Shown in pieces: positions 29,162-39,778 of a DNA stretch of 58,289 nucleotides. The stretch covers positions 1-58,289 of the forward strand of contig JAOZPT010000010.1 of assembly GCA_029932605.1 (NCBI GenBank), in the 5' to 3' direction. How positions within the stretch are numbered: the first letter of the stretch is position 1; each line of letters starts with the position of its first letter. This DNA comes from Candidatus Zixiibacteriota bacterium. Lineage in GTDB: Bacteria > Zixibacteria > MSB-5A5 > UBA10806 > 4484-95. A model generated the notes under the pieces. The model saw only the letters and a program-made list of their open reading frames with translations. It did no database searches and was not told the origin of the DNA. A program made the position numbers and the translations under genes.

Positions 29162-32100
29162 ATTACAGCGACCTTACATTTGGCAGTTTCACCGGTTGAA
29201 TTATTGGTTACAACAATATAATAAACACCGCTTAACACCTTAATAGCCGAAGAATTCAGACCATTCCACTTCACAGCGTTTTCGCCATAATGGGCTCCAG
29301 CAACTCCCTCACCGGTGCTTGGTGTTGCGCGATACTCCCAGACTTTCTCGCCATATAAGTTATAAATAATAAAATCGACAACGGCTTCATCAACAAGGTT
29401 ATAACCTATTTCCAGCTCTCCCTCGGATGCTAAATAAGGGTTGTTATTGACCCTGATCGATGTTATAAAATCATCTCCTAGTACAGCTAGGTTACCTGTC
29501 TCAATTAAGAAATCCCCGCCGTCGGGTAAAACAACCTGTATATACTGTTCATAAACATCCTCGACCACGGCTCGGGCAAAGATATCATCCGAATCGAGGG
29601 TTATACTGAATACATCAATTGCGGGGTTCTCAATCAAAGTGACACTCAATACTATTTCAACAGACATATCAGGTTCTATCAATATACCGGGGTCAAAGAT
29701 GAAGCTTACGGTCGAATCGTTAAACTGACCATTATACGGAATACCATTAACATACAAAACCGAGGCTGAAAATATCTGGCCAGGGTTGACGACATCATGG
29801 TTGTAAAAAACCCGATATGTCAGCGATGTTAAAGCCACCCGATTTTGACCTATCTCGGTCGAGTTTTCAAGGGAAAATCTATAAACATTAATTTGCTGAC
29901 TACTAACGGCTGCTCCCCTGATTGGCACAGGATTGTGTAATATCAGCCGGGAAAGTTCATTTTTTAATATGATATCGAAACCGGTTGAATCATTCAACGC
30001 AAACGCAGACTCACCAGAATTTAAGTCAATGGGTATAGAATTTATGATTACCGCTACTTCGGTTCCAGAAAGAATTTGCGAATCAGGAGTAATGACCATC
30101 CATTGGACAGGAACACCTGGAGTAAAAACCCTGGTTGTCGGTTCATCTGTTGAAAAATCATCGTTTTCAAACAATATCGTAAGTTCACCATCGCCGGTTT
30201 CAGCCTGGCCAACGTTTTCAACCAAAGCCTCCAGAACGAAATACCCACCTGGCTCAATTACCCTGTCAAGGGCAGATGGTGGTTGAGTTATATCAACCCC
30301 CAAAGTAAGTGTCGCTTTCTCAACAACCTCAACTGGTATCCAGATAGCTGTGTCATATACCGAATCGCCGGTGTTGCTATCGAAACTCCAGCAATCGATA
30401 CGCAGGGAATCGACGGTAACATCCGATGGAGCATTTACCTGCCAGGTAATCACCTGTCCTGATAGTTCCTGGACCACCGGGTCAACACAACCAAAACCAG
30501 ATGGCAGAATCACTCTGGCAAAACTCGAGCTGACATTGCCGGATGGAAATAATGAATCGGTTATCGTAAAAAACTGTGATGTCGATATAATGCCGTCTGT
30601 TGCTCCCGATGGAGAGGTTATATAAGCACTATGATTTATTGATGCCCGGTCTGTAACCACTACGGTTATTGTCATCGTTGAGTCAGTCCCCAGAGCAGTT
30701 GAAGAGTCGTTTAAGTCAACGAAAGTGCCATTAAAAGTAACTTCTATGGCCGAAGAGGTTCTCACCGATGATGGAGCGGTCACATCCCATGAAACAACCT
30801 GTCCCGGTATGAAATCACGGGCCAAAGAATCCGCCACCACAAATCCGGTATCTCCTCCAAAATCTATTAGAAGCTGGTCAGAACCGGAATAGCTATCACT
30901 TCCAGAATGGGAAACCTGTCCGAATACTGTAAACAACTGATTGGTCGAAAGGGAATCATCCAAAACATAAATCGTATCTATCCAGAAAACCACTGGCTCT
31001 TCGATAACAGCCATAGCAGAGTTATCAAGAGGCGATGCGATCTGGGCATCCTGGCCCGATATCCTGTTTATAGCATAGATTACACTGCATTGAAATATCT
31101 CGGTTGGATCGGGAATTGAGTCGGCCGTGATATTATAATCGAACGTCGCACCCAGGAGGCCATCAATTGAGCCAACATCCAAAGTTTCAGCAAACGAAGA
31201 ACCACCATCGGAAATAAGTCTCAGATAAATCGAATCAACAGGTTCAATACCCAAGTTGCTGATATAACCGTGAATTATGAATTGTTGCATTGTATTAACC
31301 CTGGGGGAATTATAGCATACCGTATACAATGAATCTAACCTTATTTGCCCTGGGGTAATAACGTTTACTGAATCTATGTTTAAGTCAACAAAAAAAGTGT
31401 GCTGATTTTGAATACCGGCAATATGAACTACCGGCTGGTAGGTTCCCGGTGCAAACCCCGATGGCACCACTGACGAGCAAAAAGTCAACGATGTATCTCC
31501 TGTCTGGATTTCATCGATTCTTACTCCCGAAGAGGTGTCGATAAGTGCGTCAAACATATTTATGCCATCGTTAAAGAATATTCTAGTCAGGTTGTGGTCA
31601 AGAAACAGAGTCGCCTGGCCGGAGTTATTCACCCGAACAGAAAAAGAAACCTCTGAACCGGTCAATACAGTATCCGGCGCAGAACTACCTGGTTCATAAG
31701 CTATGTTAACAGCTGTTTGTACTAAGACGCTATCAGAAAGTAAAAAAGAATCAACAACTGTGCTGTTCAATTCGGTTCCATAAATATAAAACCATACAGG
31801 ATAGATTCCTCCAATAAAAGTCGAGGGAATCTGGAGTTGGTCAAATGAGAGATTCCCCTGGGCGCTAGGTTCGATCACTACGCTTTGATATAAGTTGGTA
31901 TTATATTCTATGGTGCCATCGGTAAAATAAATATAGGAAGTATCATCGAGACTTATAGAGGCATCGCCATCATTTCGAACAACAACGCTGAAGCTGTAAT
32001 CCAAGCCGGTTGACACTCCAATCGGCGATAATGTGCTATCGAGATAAACAAGCTGAGAAGCAGAAAGCACAGTCAGCGTATCTGTAAATACCTCGAGGCT

Positions 32101-35037
32101 ATCATATGTTAGCATACCTGAATACATACCTGTGACTTTCATGGATAACGGGTGCTGACCCATCGGTATATCATCCGGCACCACAAAACTAAAGGCAAAT
32201 GTGGTTTCCATTCCACCCGAAACAGTATCAGGTAGAACCGGAATGAAGTCCGGATTGAATTGGTTATAACCGTCCTCATCAAATAGCCCGATATCTGTTA
32301 CGACAACCGGCACACCGCTTAAATTGGTAAGGCTGACAGTGCCCGTTACGGTATCCAAACGGGCAACCTGGTGTATATCAAGGAGGAGGTTATCCGCAGT
32401 AAGCGAGACGACATCTACCACATTTGATTGGCCTGTTATTCCCGATTGAGATGTTGCCAAAAACGATACTGGACCACCTGGACCGTTATAGGTGACATTT
32501 AAAACAGCAAGGTCGGCAACACCAGAGATGAAATCCGAAATCTGGTTCAATACATCGTTTTCAATGGGACCACCTGTTGAGGCATCTATTACAACAGTAT
32601 CCACAGAGGCATCAAAGTCCGTCTTGATATTTCCGAAAATATCCTCAGCTGTTATCAACGATCCATCAGGCATAGGATTTCCTGACACCATTGGTGTATC
32701 AATAACAACTTCCAGATTCCCCAAGCTCCCGGGGTCCACAATGATGCTATCAGTAATTGAGATTATCGATCCAACAGTGCCTTTTAGAACAGCTATGCCC
32801 GTTCTAACCAGAATTTGTTCCGCACTGCCAGAACCATCCTCCACATGTATGTTGTTAAAAATCGGAGGAGTGCTATCAGGAGCGTTATCACAACCTATAC
32901 TGTCAGATATCACCACAATTCCCGAAGCTGGGTTGTTAAATTGATCAAGTGCTTCTACAACATCTAAAGGAAAAGCATTGCCGGCTGTTACGGTCAGTGG
33001 AGCATTTAAGTTAAACGAGTTTATCGGGGCAGCAAAGACCTGGATACATGACGAGGTGTCAGCTGATGAACCACTTGAAATAATAAGCCTTTGAAGGCCC
33101 GCAGATTGAAAAGAAAATTCCGAACCGTCAAACGAATGCTGACCTGAATCAGAAGCGGGTACGAAACTATATGGGTTAGGTAAAATAGCATTTATATCAG
33201 TTGACGAAAATGTTACAATATCAGCGAAATTGTATTTGAGGTTACCGTAAACGTCATAGACAGTTACCATAAGGTCGTTTGCAGGTGAAGGAAAGTACTC
33301 CCCTGCGGTAATAGTATCAGGGTAACCGGTTAGGCTAAGATTTCCCAGGACTCCGGGAATAACATCAAAAGTATCAGTATAAACCTCAGCCCCACCGGCG
33401 ATGCCTTTTAATACGGAAGGAACAGCATTCGTAAGCGTTTGCGCAGCAGAACCACTTCCACCGTCAACAACGATATTGTTGAAAACCGGCGGTATGCCAT
33501 CCGGTGAATTCCCTCCACCATACGAACAGCTGATAACAACATTCCCGCTACTGGGGTTATTTAAACTATCAACAGCATTTGTCACATACAAATCAAACGG
33601 TAAACCAGCGGTCTGAGTAACTACATCCAAAAAGGTGAAAGCATCTATAGGTGCGGGAATAACATTGATAACGTTTGAAGTTGTAGTGTCATTGTCATCA
33701 GTGATACTTATTGTTTGATAACCCGCTATCCTCAACCTGAAATTATTTCCCGGAAAACTATATTGCCCTGAATCTGAAACCGGTTGAAACTGATAAGGAG
33801 CGGGGAGCTGAGCGCTGGTATCGCTTGAGAAAAAATATACGGTATTGCTATAATCGTATTTAATATTATCATTCACATCAAAGGCGATAACTAGCACAGG
33901 CCCAGGGAAAAAGGCGCCTGCCGTCCGGGATATTGGATAACCGCTTAATTCAAACCTGTCCAAAGCCCCGGGAACAACCGTAATCAAACCGGAGGAATCG
34001 ATAATACCACCCGAAGTGGCCGTTATGTGACATTGCCCCAATTTAATAGCCTGAAAAGTACCCTCATCGATTGTACCGCATGAGTCAACAGTGATATTCC
34101 AATCATAGGTCAACCCATCCACATTATTTCCATATTGATCCTGGCCAACAGCATTAAAAACAACTACCGAGTCAGAAGAAACTGTCATATCATTCCCGGG
34201 TGTCACCAATATATGGTCAAGGTCGCCAGCGGATAGCGTAAACAGTTCCGAACTGGTAGGGCCGTTAACGAGGTTATCTAAGGAATCAACAGTCATAACG
34301 ATTACATAATAACTTCCGGCAACTGTGTCATTCCTAACCTCCGAGAAATCGACATCAATCCGCGAACCAAGGGCTGCAGGCGTGCCATCATCAAGCTTGA
34401 ATTTTACAATCTGTGCATCAACATCAATACCGGTAATATTGGGTTGGTCGCCATCGTTGGCAGGGTCATTATCGGAGTAAACAGCCCAAACCAGGGTATC
34501 AGAATAAACACCGAAGTTCGAACTAAAAGCCACCCATATTTCACCTTTTGGCTCAATCTGAAAATCAGCAACGGCAAAACCTACTTTATGGGTATCAAGA
34601 ACACCCACAACTCCTAAAGTAAGGGAATCTGTAACATCGAGAAGGTTGCCCGATGTTTGAAGCAAAAGCGGTTTGTAATCTTCAAAGTTATCACCGATTT
34701 TAAAACTGAAAATAGCATCAAATGATTCAGGTGTTTTGTCTGTTACCAAGAAGAAAGATATCCGCACACCCGCTTTAATTGTTCCGACCCCATCAACTAC
34801 GTAATGACCTGATGATATAGCCCTTATGGGTTTTAGAAAACCGTCGATTTCAACTACCAACAGGTCAATATCAACAGGAGCGGTATAAAGCTCTAATTGA
34901 TTTTGAATTTCATGACGGACGATTATATCAGCACGATAAACCTCGGCAGCGGCACCGTTAGATATAACAATAAATAAAAAGACCGTCAGCGGTAAAATAA
35001 ACTTTTCTAAAGGCAACTTGCCCCGATTCCCGTTCAT
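29155..35037 (-). CDS. 1960-aa secreted beta-rich repeat protein (adhesin/S-layer-like) with CTD/FlgD-Ig-like C-terminus
   Basis: Signal peptide, acidic Ser/Thr/Val-rich Ig-like repeats, tail NNPY...IYNLYGEKV...WNGLN...SGVYYIVV...KVAVIW. Confidence 0.8.
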   Translation of the reverse strand: MNGNRGKLPLEKFILPLTVFLFIVISNGAAAEVYRADIIVRHEIQNQLELYTAPVDIDLLVVEIDGFLKPIRAISSGHYVVDGVGTIKAGVRISFFLVTDKTPESFDAIFSFKIGDNFEDYKPLLLQTSGNLLDVTDSLTLGVVGVLDTHKVGFAVADFQIEPKGEIWVAFSSNFGVYSDTLVWAVYSDNDPANDGDQPNITGIDVDAQIVKFKLDDGTPAALGSRIDVDFSEVRNDTVAGSYYVIVMTVDSLDNLVNGPTSSELFTLSAGDLDHILVTPGNDMTVSSDSVVVFNAVGQDQYGNNVDGLTYDWNITVDSCGTIDEGTFQAIKLGQCHITATSGGIIDSSGLITVVPGALDRFELSGYPISRTAGAFFPGPVLVIAFDVNDNIKYDYSNTVYFFSSDTSAQLPAPYQFQPVSDSGQYSFPGNNFRLRIAGYQTISITDDNDTTTSNVINVIPAPIDAFTFLDVVTQTAGLPFDLYVTNAVDSLNNPSSGNVVISCSYGGGNSPDGIPPVFNNIVVDGGSGSAAQTLTNAVPSVLKGIAGGAEVYTDTFDVIPGVLGNLSLTGYPDTITAGEYFPSPANDLMVTVYDVYGNLKYNFADIVTFSSTDINAILPNPYSFVPASDSGQHSFDGSEFSFQSAGLQRLIISSGSSADTSSCIQVFAAPINSFNLNAPLTVTAGNAFPLDVVEALDQFNNPASGIVVISDSIGCDNAPDSTPPIFNNIHVEDGSGSAEQILVRTGIAVLKGTVGSIISITDSIIVDPGSLGNLEVVIDTPMVSGNPMPDGSLITAEDIFGNIKTDFDASVDTVVIDASTGGPIENDVLNQISDFISGVADLAVLNVTYNGPGGPVSFLATSQSGITGQSNVVDVVSLTADNLLLDIHQVARLDTVTGTVSLTNLSGVPVVVTDIGLFDEDGYNQFNPDFIPVLPDTVSGGMETTFAFSFVVPDDIPMGQHPLSMKVTGMYSGMLTYDSLEVFTDTLTVLSASQLVYLDSTLSPIGVSTGLDYSFSVVVRNDGDASISLDDTSYIYFTDGTIEYNTNLYQSVVIEPSAQGNLSFDQLQIPSTFIGGIYPVWFYIYGTELNSTVVDSFLLSDSVLVQTAVNIAYEPGSSAPDTVLTGSEVSFSVRVNNSGQATLFLDHNLTRIFFNDGINMFDALIDTSSGVRIDEIQTGDTSLTFCSSVVPSGFAPGTYQPVVHIAGIQNQHTFFVDLNIDSVNVITPGQIRLDSLYTVCYNSPRVNTMQQFIIHGYISNLGIEPVDSIYLRLISDGGSSFAETLDVGSIDGLLGATFDYNITADSIPDPTEIFQCSVIYAINRISGQDAQIASPLDNSAMAVIEEPVVFWIDTIYVLDDSLSTNQLFTVFGQVSHSGSDSYSGSDQLLIDFGGDTGFVVADSLARDFIPGQVVSWDVTAPSSVRTSSAIEVTFNGTFVDLNDSSTALGTDSTMTITVVVTDRASINHSAYITSPSGATDGIISTSQFFTITDSLFPSGNVSSSFARVILPSGFGCVDPVVQELSGQVITWQVNAPSDVTVDSLRIDCWSFDSNTGDSVYDTAIWIPVEVVEKATLTLGVDITQPPSALDRVIEPGGYFVLEALVENVGQAETGDGELTILFENDDFSTDEPTTRVFTPGVPVQWMVITPDSQILSGTEVAVIINSIPIDLNSGESAFALNDSTGFDIILKNELSRLILHNPVPIRGAAVSSQQINVYRFSLENSTEIGQNRVALTSLTYRVFYNHDVVNPGQIFSASVLYVNGIPYNGQFNDSTVSFIFDPGILIEPDMSVEIVLSVTLIENPAIDVFSITLDSDDIFARAVVEDVYEQYIQVVLPDGGDFLIETGNLAVLGDDFITSIRVNNNPYLASEGELEIGYNLVDEAVVDFIIYNLYGEKVWEYRATPSTGEGVAGAHYGENAVKWNGLNSSAIKVLSGVYYIVVTNNSTGETAKCKVAVIW

Positions 35038-35072
35038 AATATACCTTATATACTACAACTCCTGCTCAAATT

Positions 35073-36764
35073 TCAATCAGAAGATGACTTAAAATCGAAT
35101 ACCCCGATATCAGTCTCCCAGCGGGCACGAACCGTTACACTATCGACATGAAAAATAATGTGTTCAGCAAACCTGAATGGCTTTATCTTGCCACAACTAA
35201 ATTGGCCATTATTATCAGTATCACAAAATGCTCTAACAACGTAAGTTCCTGGGAAAAGCTTATTGAACATAAACTTACCATTATCAGAGGAGAAAGTGAT
35301 GGTGCTTTCCCCGTTCTCAGAAATAGCTTCCACAATTATACTATCAACTGGATAATTTATAAGCTGGCCCCCGACCTGACCGAAAGTATCCTCAGCAGCG
35401 GTATAATACTCATAAATCATGATTGAGTCGCCCAGAGGATTACCGGTAAGATCAAATATGCTCGACTCGTCCATGGAAAACAGGTAGGCCTCACCTGATT
35501 GAAAATCGGGTTTAACTACAAGCAGGTTCGGATATTCCCAATCTATCTTAAAAGATACGGGAACCTTTAACGTGTCAGATAAAAAAACCTTCTGCGTTAT
35601 ATCATTAGTATCACATGACTCAGAAAACATAAATTTAATATCGAAACCGGCGGGCAATGCCTGCCGTCCGGGTTTGGGGCTAATTTTAATAAGTTCTGGT
35701 GATGTCGTATCTGCACCCCCAGCCTCAAATATTTGAACAAGAGTGTCAGCAGCTATTTCATAAATCGAATACAGGTTGACAGCGGTTAGTCTATATTTAT
35801 TCCCGGTTACTAAACCCGGACATTCAAGAACTATAGTTTTCTTATCATCAGAATAAGGATAAATATCAACTATGGACACAGTTAAAATCGAATCTTCAAG
35901 GTTTTCTATTTTATAGTTTGATTTCAAGAAAACGCTACTGCTATCCATCCTCTGAGAAAACTCGATAAAAACTTTCCGGTCATCAGGCGATTCAACTTTG
36001 CTCAGATACGGTTTTAACGTATCTAATTCGCTTGCAATCATAAAAAGCGGTTTATACTCCATGGCGTTCTCATCTATTGTGATTAATGTATCAGGCAGGG
36101 CGATTTTCTCCGAGGGTGGAGTGAAAAATTGATCATTGTTCTTGTCCTCCACTGCAACCACTAAATAAATCCCATAACTTAAATATTCAAATTGGAATTC
36201 ACCCAAGCTGTCAGTTTGCGTGATATAGTCAGGTATACTCATCCAGAACATTCCAATTTCAGGTGAATCAAGTTTATAAGCCCAGATATCCATTCCTCTG
36301 GCGCTGGCATTAAGTACCCTTCCTGCAATGGAACCTGTATAAATAGTCTGACCAGTGGAAAAAGGAAACGATTGCGTCCGGCCAAGTTTATTTCCATGAC
36401 TGTCAACCGCTAACGCTCCAACCGTTAAAACATAGGTTGTATTTTCCTTGAGCTTCTCCGGAAGTTTAATTGAAAGCTTTTTCCCCGACCATTCAAACCG
36501 GGGATAATCAAATAAAAGGGGTAAAATAAAAATCGCCTTTTCAGTGGTCTCTTTTTTCATTCTCTCGGAAAACAATATCTCTAACTCGGGTTCCAAAGAT
36601 ACATTAACCGAACCTGCCCGTGGTATAACCGAAATGATCTCAGGTGGACTTTTGTCATCCGGGCCTCCTCCCGGAGGCTCAACTTTGGCACACATACAGA
36701 TACACAGTAAAATCAATATAAACCACTGAATGTTTCCTAATAAAAATTTCAAACTACCTGGCAA
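35073..36764 (-). CDS. Ig-like (Big_5) domain lipoprotein
   Basis: Lipoprotein-type N-terminus ...CAKVEPPGGGPDDKSPP; two Big_5-like repeats (FSERM, FSESC); VAVEDKNND and AFCDTDNNG motifs. Confidence 0.8.
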   Translation of the reverse strand: MPGSLKFLLGNIQWFILILLCICMCAKVEPPGGGPDDKSPPEIISVIPRAGSVNVSLEPELEILFSERMKKETTEKAIFILPLLFDYPRFEWSGKKLSIKLPEKLKENTTYVLTVGALAVDSHGNKLGRTQSFPFSTGQTIYTGSIAGRVLNASARGMDIWAYKLDSPEIGMFWMSIPDYITQTDSLGEFQFEYLSYGIYLVVAVEDKNNDQFFTPPSEKIALPDTLITIDENAMEYKPLFMIASELDTLKPYLSKVESPDDRKVFIEFSQRMDSSSVFLKSNYKIENLEDSILTVSIVDIYPYSDDKKTIVLECPGLVTGNKYRLTAVNLYSIYEIAADTLVQIFEAGGADTTSPELIKISPKPGRQALPAGFDIKFMFSESCDTNDITQKVFLSDTLKVPVSFKIDWEYPNLLVVKPDFQSGEAYLFSMDESSIFDLTGNPLGDSIMIYEYYTAAEDTFGQVGGQLINYPVDSIIVEAISENGESTITFSSDNGKFMFNKLFPGTYVVRAFCDTDNNGQFSCGKIKPFRFAEHIIFHVDSVTVRARWETDIGVFDFKSSSD

Positions 36765-38442
36765 GTTTCTGCTTAATGCTTTCGTTATCAGGGTCTAACT
36801 CTAAGGCCTTGCGCCAGTGTTTCCGGGCCTCTGAGATTTTATTCAAGGCTGAGTATATATCGCCCATGTGGTCGAACAACACGGCATCATCATCACCAGC
36901 CCGTAAAGCTTTTTGTTGGTATTCCAAAGCCTCCTGATACTCACCTCTTTTAAATAAAACCCAGGCATAACTATCGAGATAAGCACTGTTTTCCGGGTCA
37001 ATTTCCAAAGCTTTTTTTATCATTTTCCGGGCTTTTTTCAATTTTATACCTTTATCTGCATACATATACCCAAGGTAATTTAAGGCTAAGGCATTATCGG
37101 GTTCTAATTTTATCAATTTTTTAAAAATCTTTTCGGCATCATCAAAAAAACCGCCCCTCTCGTAAGCTGCGCCAAGGTTAAACATGACATCTGTGTTTTC
37201 CGGATCAGCTAAAAGAACCCTTTTATAATAGTCACAAGCCTGTAAGTAATTTTCCTGACGACTCAAAAATACTCCATAGAAAAACAATATGTTTAATGAA
37301 TCACTGGAACATTTCACCATGGCAGAATCGAAAGTAGCTCGAGCATCATCTGTATGACCAAGCTCGGCTCTTGTGAGAGCCAGGTTCACCCAGACTTCGG
37401 AAAGAGTATCATTTATGGCCAACGAGTAAACATACATCGATTCAGCCCGGGCAAAATCATTATTCATTTGAGCGATTCGCCCACGGTAATAATATATGAC
37501 AGGGTCATCTATTATCGACTCTGTAAGTTGAGCCATAACAGAATCAGCACTATTGTAATCACCGTTGGAAAATAAGAGAAGTGCATACCGCCTTTTAGTA
37601 AGGTAATCGTCAGGGAAAAGTTCTGTTATTCGTTTAGTAACCTTAATCGCCATCGGTATATCGTTCAATCGTATAAAACTCTGGGAAATCAATGTAAGTA
37701 TCTGGGCGCTATTCCAATTCTTGAAGACTATCATTTTATATAAGCTATCCGCTCCAATGGTATCTTTCTGCATCTCTCTAACAGCCGCCAGACCAAGCAA
37801 ACCGCGTATGTTCGAGGAATCCCTATTAATCATCTCCTGATATATTTTGATGGCTTTTTCAAGCTTTCCCGTTTGAATGTAAAAGGAGGCTAATTCAATC
37901 CTCCACTTGTCACTATCTTTTCCCATATTTATCAACCGTTGGAAATAACGCTCCGCCTTTTTAAGGTCTCCTTTGTTGCTGTAATAAATAGCCAGAAAAT
38001 GAGTGGGCACCTCCAGAGTTGAATCTATTTGAGTAGCCTTTTCATAATATTTCACCGCCATTTTTTCATCACCGGTCAGCCTGTAACAATCAGCAATTAA
38101 TAACAAATCATCAAAACCGATGTTAGCTATTTGAAGGCTCAAATCCAAAGCCTCATCATACCTTTTCAAACGACAATAGACATTTGCCAGCAGACGTTTT
38201 ATCTCATCAGAGGCTGGGTCATATACCAAAGCCAAACGATATTCATCAGCAGCCTTTTCAAGATCCCCCATTCTCTCAAGTAAATCCGCTTTGGAAAAAT
38301 GGTTAAATGCCCGGTGCTTGGTGATGATATCCTTTTTGTCGATTACTGCTTTCTGAGGATTGTCGGTATCACCTTCATGGATTGGTCCACCACAACCTAT
38401 AATCATAACTACAATTATAAACAACACTAAATATTTTCTCAT
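36754..38442 (-). CDS. TPR-repeat lipoprotein
   Basis: Likely start MRKYLVLFIIVVMIIGC (lipobox); many TPRs; ALNYLGYMYAD...AYLDSYAWV...DHMGDIY. Confidence 0.88.
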   Translation of the reverse strand: MRKYLVLFIIVVMIIGCGGPIHEGDTDNPQKAVIDKKDIITKHRAFNHFSKADLLERMGDLEKAADEYRLALVYDPASDEIKRLLANVYCRLKRYDEALDLSLQIANIGFDDLLLIADCYRLTGDEKMAVKYYEKATQIDSTLEVPTHFLAIYYSNKGDLKKAERYFQRLINMGKDSDKWRIELASFYIQTGKLEKAIKIYQEMINRDSSNIRGLLGLAAVREMQKDTIGADSLYKMIVFKNWNSAQILTLISQSFIRLNDIPMAIKVTKRITELFPDDYLTKRRYALLLFSNGDYNSADSVMAQLTESIIDDPVIYYYRGRIAQMNNDFARAESMYVYSLAINDTLSEVWVNLALTRAELGHTDDARATFDSAMVKCSSDSLNILFFYGVFLSRQENYLQACDYYKRVLLADPENTDVMFNLGAAYERGGFFDDAEKIFKKLIKLEPDNALALNYLGYMYADKGIKLKKARKMIKKALEIDPENSAYLDSYAWVLFKRGEYQEALEYQQKALRAGDDDAVLFDHMGDIYSALNKISEARKHWRKALELDPDNESIKQKLAR

Positions 38443-38477
38443 ATGATAATTATCGTCATGTTTTATCATAGACCAAA

Positions 38478-39377
38478 TTATACTTCCGTAACAATCCATT
38501 CAATTTTATCAAGCTCGGCACATCCAAGACCTGCATTTCCAGAAGTGTTAATACTTATAGCTTCTCGTCCACTATCTTTTAACTTCGCCAGACCATTCTG
38601 GGTTCGCAAACGGTCGATAATTTCCAAAGCCACCCTATCTAAAGCCACCGCATCGGTGGCCAGAAGCACAGCTTTATAGTCAGTTGCCCAGCGTGGGACA
38701 TATCCCGGCCCTCCGTTAAATTGAACACGAACGGCATCAAAAACAGCCAGCTTCTGTTTTCCTTTTATTATATTCATCGAATAAAGATCAGCCTGATATG
38801 GGTCACAATTATTTTCGTGGTACTTGTTGGGATTATGAATGACCCCGAAATAATTTTTCAGACAACCGGAAAGCCCGGCCAACGAATGATCCTTAAGAAT
38901 CGGAAAATTCACCACCGAATCAGTCAGTTCCGTTTGTATCCTTGAAATAAGCGAACCAACTGTCTTGTAGCTGAAAAGCTCCCTTGCAAACCCCACCCCT
39001 CTGGTATCAGTAGCAAAACAAAGATAATCCGAGCCCCGGGTAGTAATTTTATAACCAGCACGAGAAAGCTCATCCTCACGCCTGTCCCATATTATGATGT
39101 TCTTTTTCTTATGCCCCTGCCTGTGGAGTATTTCCGCCAGGCTATAAGCCATTTCCGGAGAGGTTGACATTATTTTACCGACAAGGGTATTTACCTTTAT
39201 ACCAATTGTCTCCTTTAAAGGAAAAAGTTGGTCCAATAAATCATAGCTCACCCCTGTAGGGCTGAGATTATCGAGTCCAACCTCCAACATCTTAAGGGCT
39301 TCAGCAGGGTTTATTTTGCCACCTTCAATAATACTTGCCGAACGAACCTCGATGACCTTGGCTAATTTTTGTGCCAT
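38478..39377 (-). CDS. DUF362 domain protein
   Basis: IGIKVN, IIIWDR, VVNFPILKDHSLAGLSGCLKNYFG, GGP, TDAVALD. Start reassigned to ATG 39377. Confidence 0.85.
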   Translation of the reverse strand: MAQKLAKVIEVRSASIIEGGKINPAEALKMLEVGLDNLSPTGVSYDLLDQLFPLKETIGIKVNTLVGKIMSTSPEMAYSLAEILHRQGHKKKNIIIWDRREDELSRAGYKITTRGSDYLCFATDTRGVGFARELFSYKTVGSLISRIQTELTDSVVNFPILKDHSLAGLSGCLKNYFGVIHNPNKYHENNCDPYQADLYSMNIIKGKQKLAVFDAVRVQFNGGPGYVPRWATDYKAVLLATDAVALDRVALEIIDRLRTQNGLAKLKDSGREAISINTSGNAGLGCAELDKIEWIVTEV

Positions 39378-39384
39378 TATAATA

Positions 39385-39413
39385 AGTTTAATTTTAGCGA
39401 GGTTAGATGTCAA
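39385..39413 (-). promoter_or_regulatory. sigma70-type promoter giving a probably leaderless mRNA
   Basis: TTGACA, 17 bp, TAAACT, 7 nt, ATG(39377); no SD sequence. Confidence 0.6.
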
Positions 39414-39565
39414 TAACTTATGCAACAGGAAGCAATTTTTACCTGATAATAAATATTGCCCAAAAATTATTCGAATCAGCAATTATTTCAAAAGCAACAT
39501 CTTCTTTGATTGAGTATAGTTATAAGCTTGAACTCTATAGAAATATAAATCCGAAAAAACTCTGA

Positions 39566-39717
39566 CTCGGTCTTAAATCGACCACTGGGTATCTAAAAGA
39601 TTTAAGATTCCGTTTATAAAGATGGGTAAAAAAGTGATGTTCGATATAAATGATGACTATGAATGGATTAAAAAGAACAAAATATTATCTAAAGATATTA
39701 CCGAATACCGATTATGA
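39566..39717 (+). pseudogene. Excisionase/HTH_17-like remnant
   Basis: LGLKSTT, then after a frameshift HWVSKRFKIPFIKMGKKVMFDINDDYEWIKKNK; no intact start. Confidence 0.65.
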
Positions 39718-39778
39718 AACTTATTCCCTTGACTAAGGAAAAAAATTGAATTAATTATATTTTTATTAAGGGATTCAA

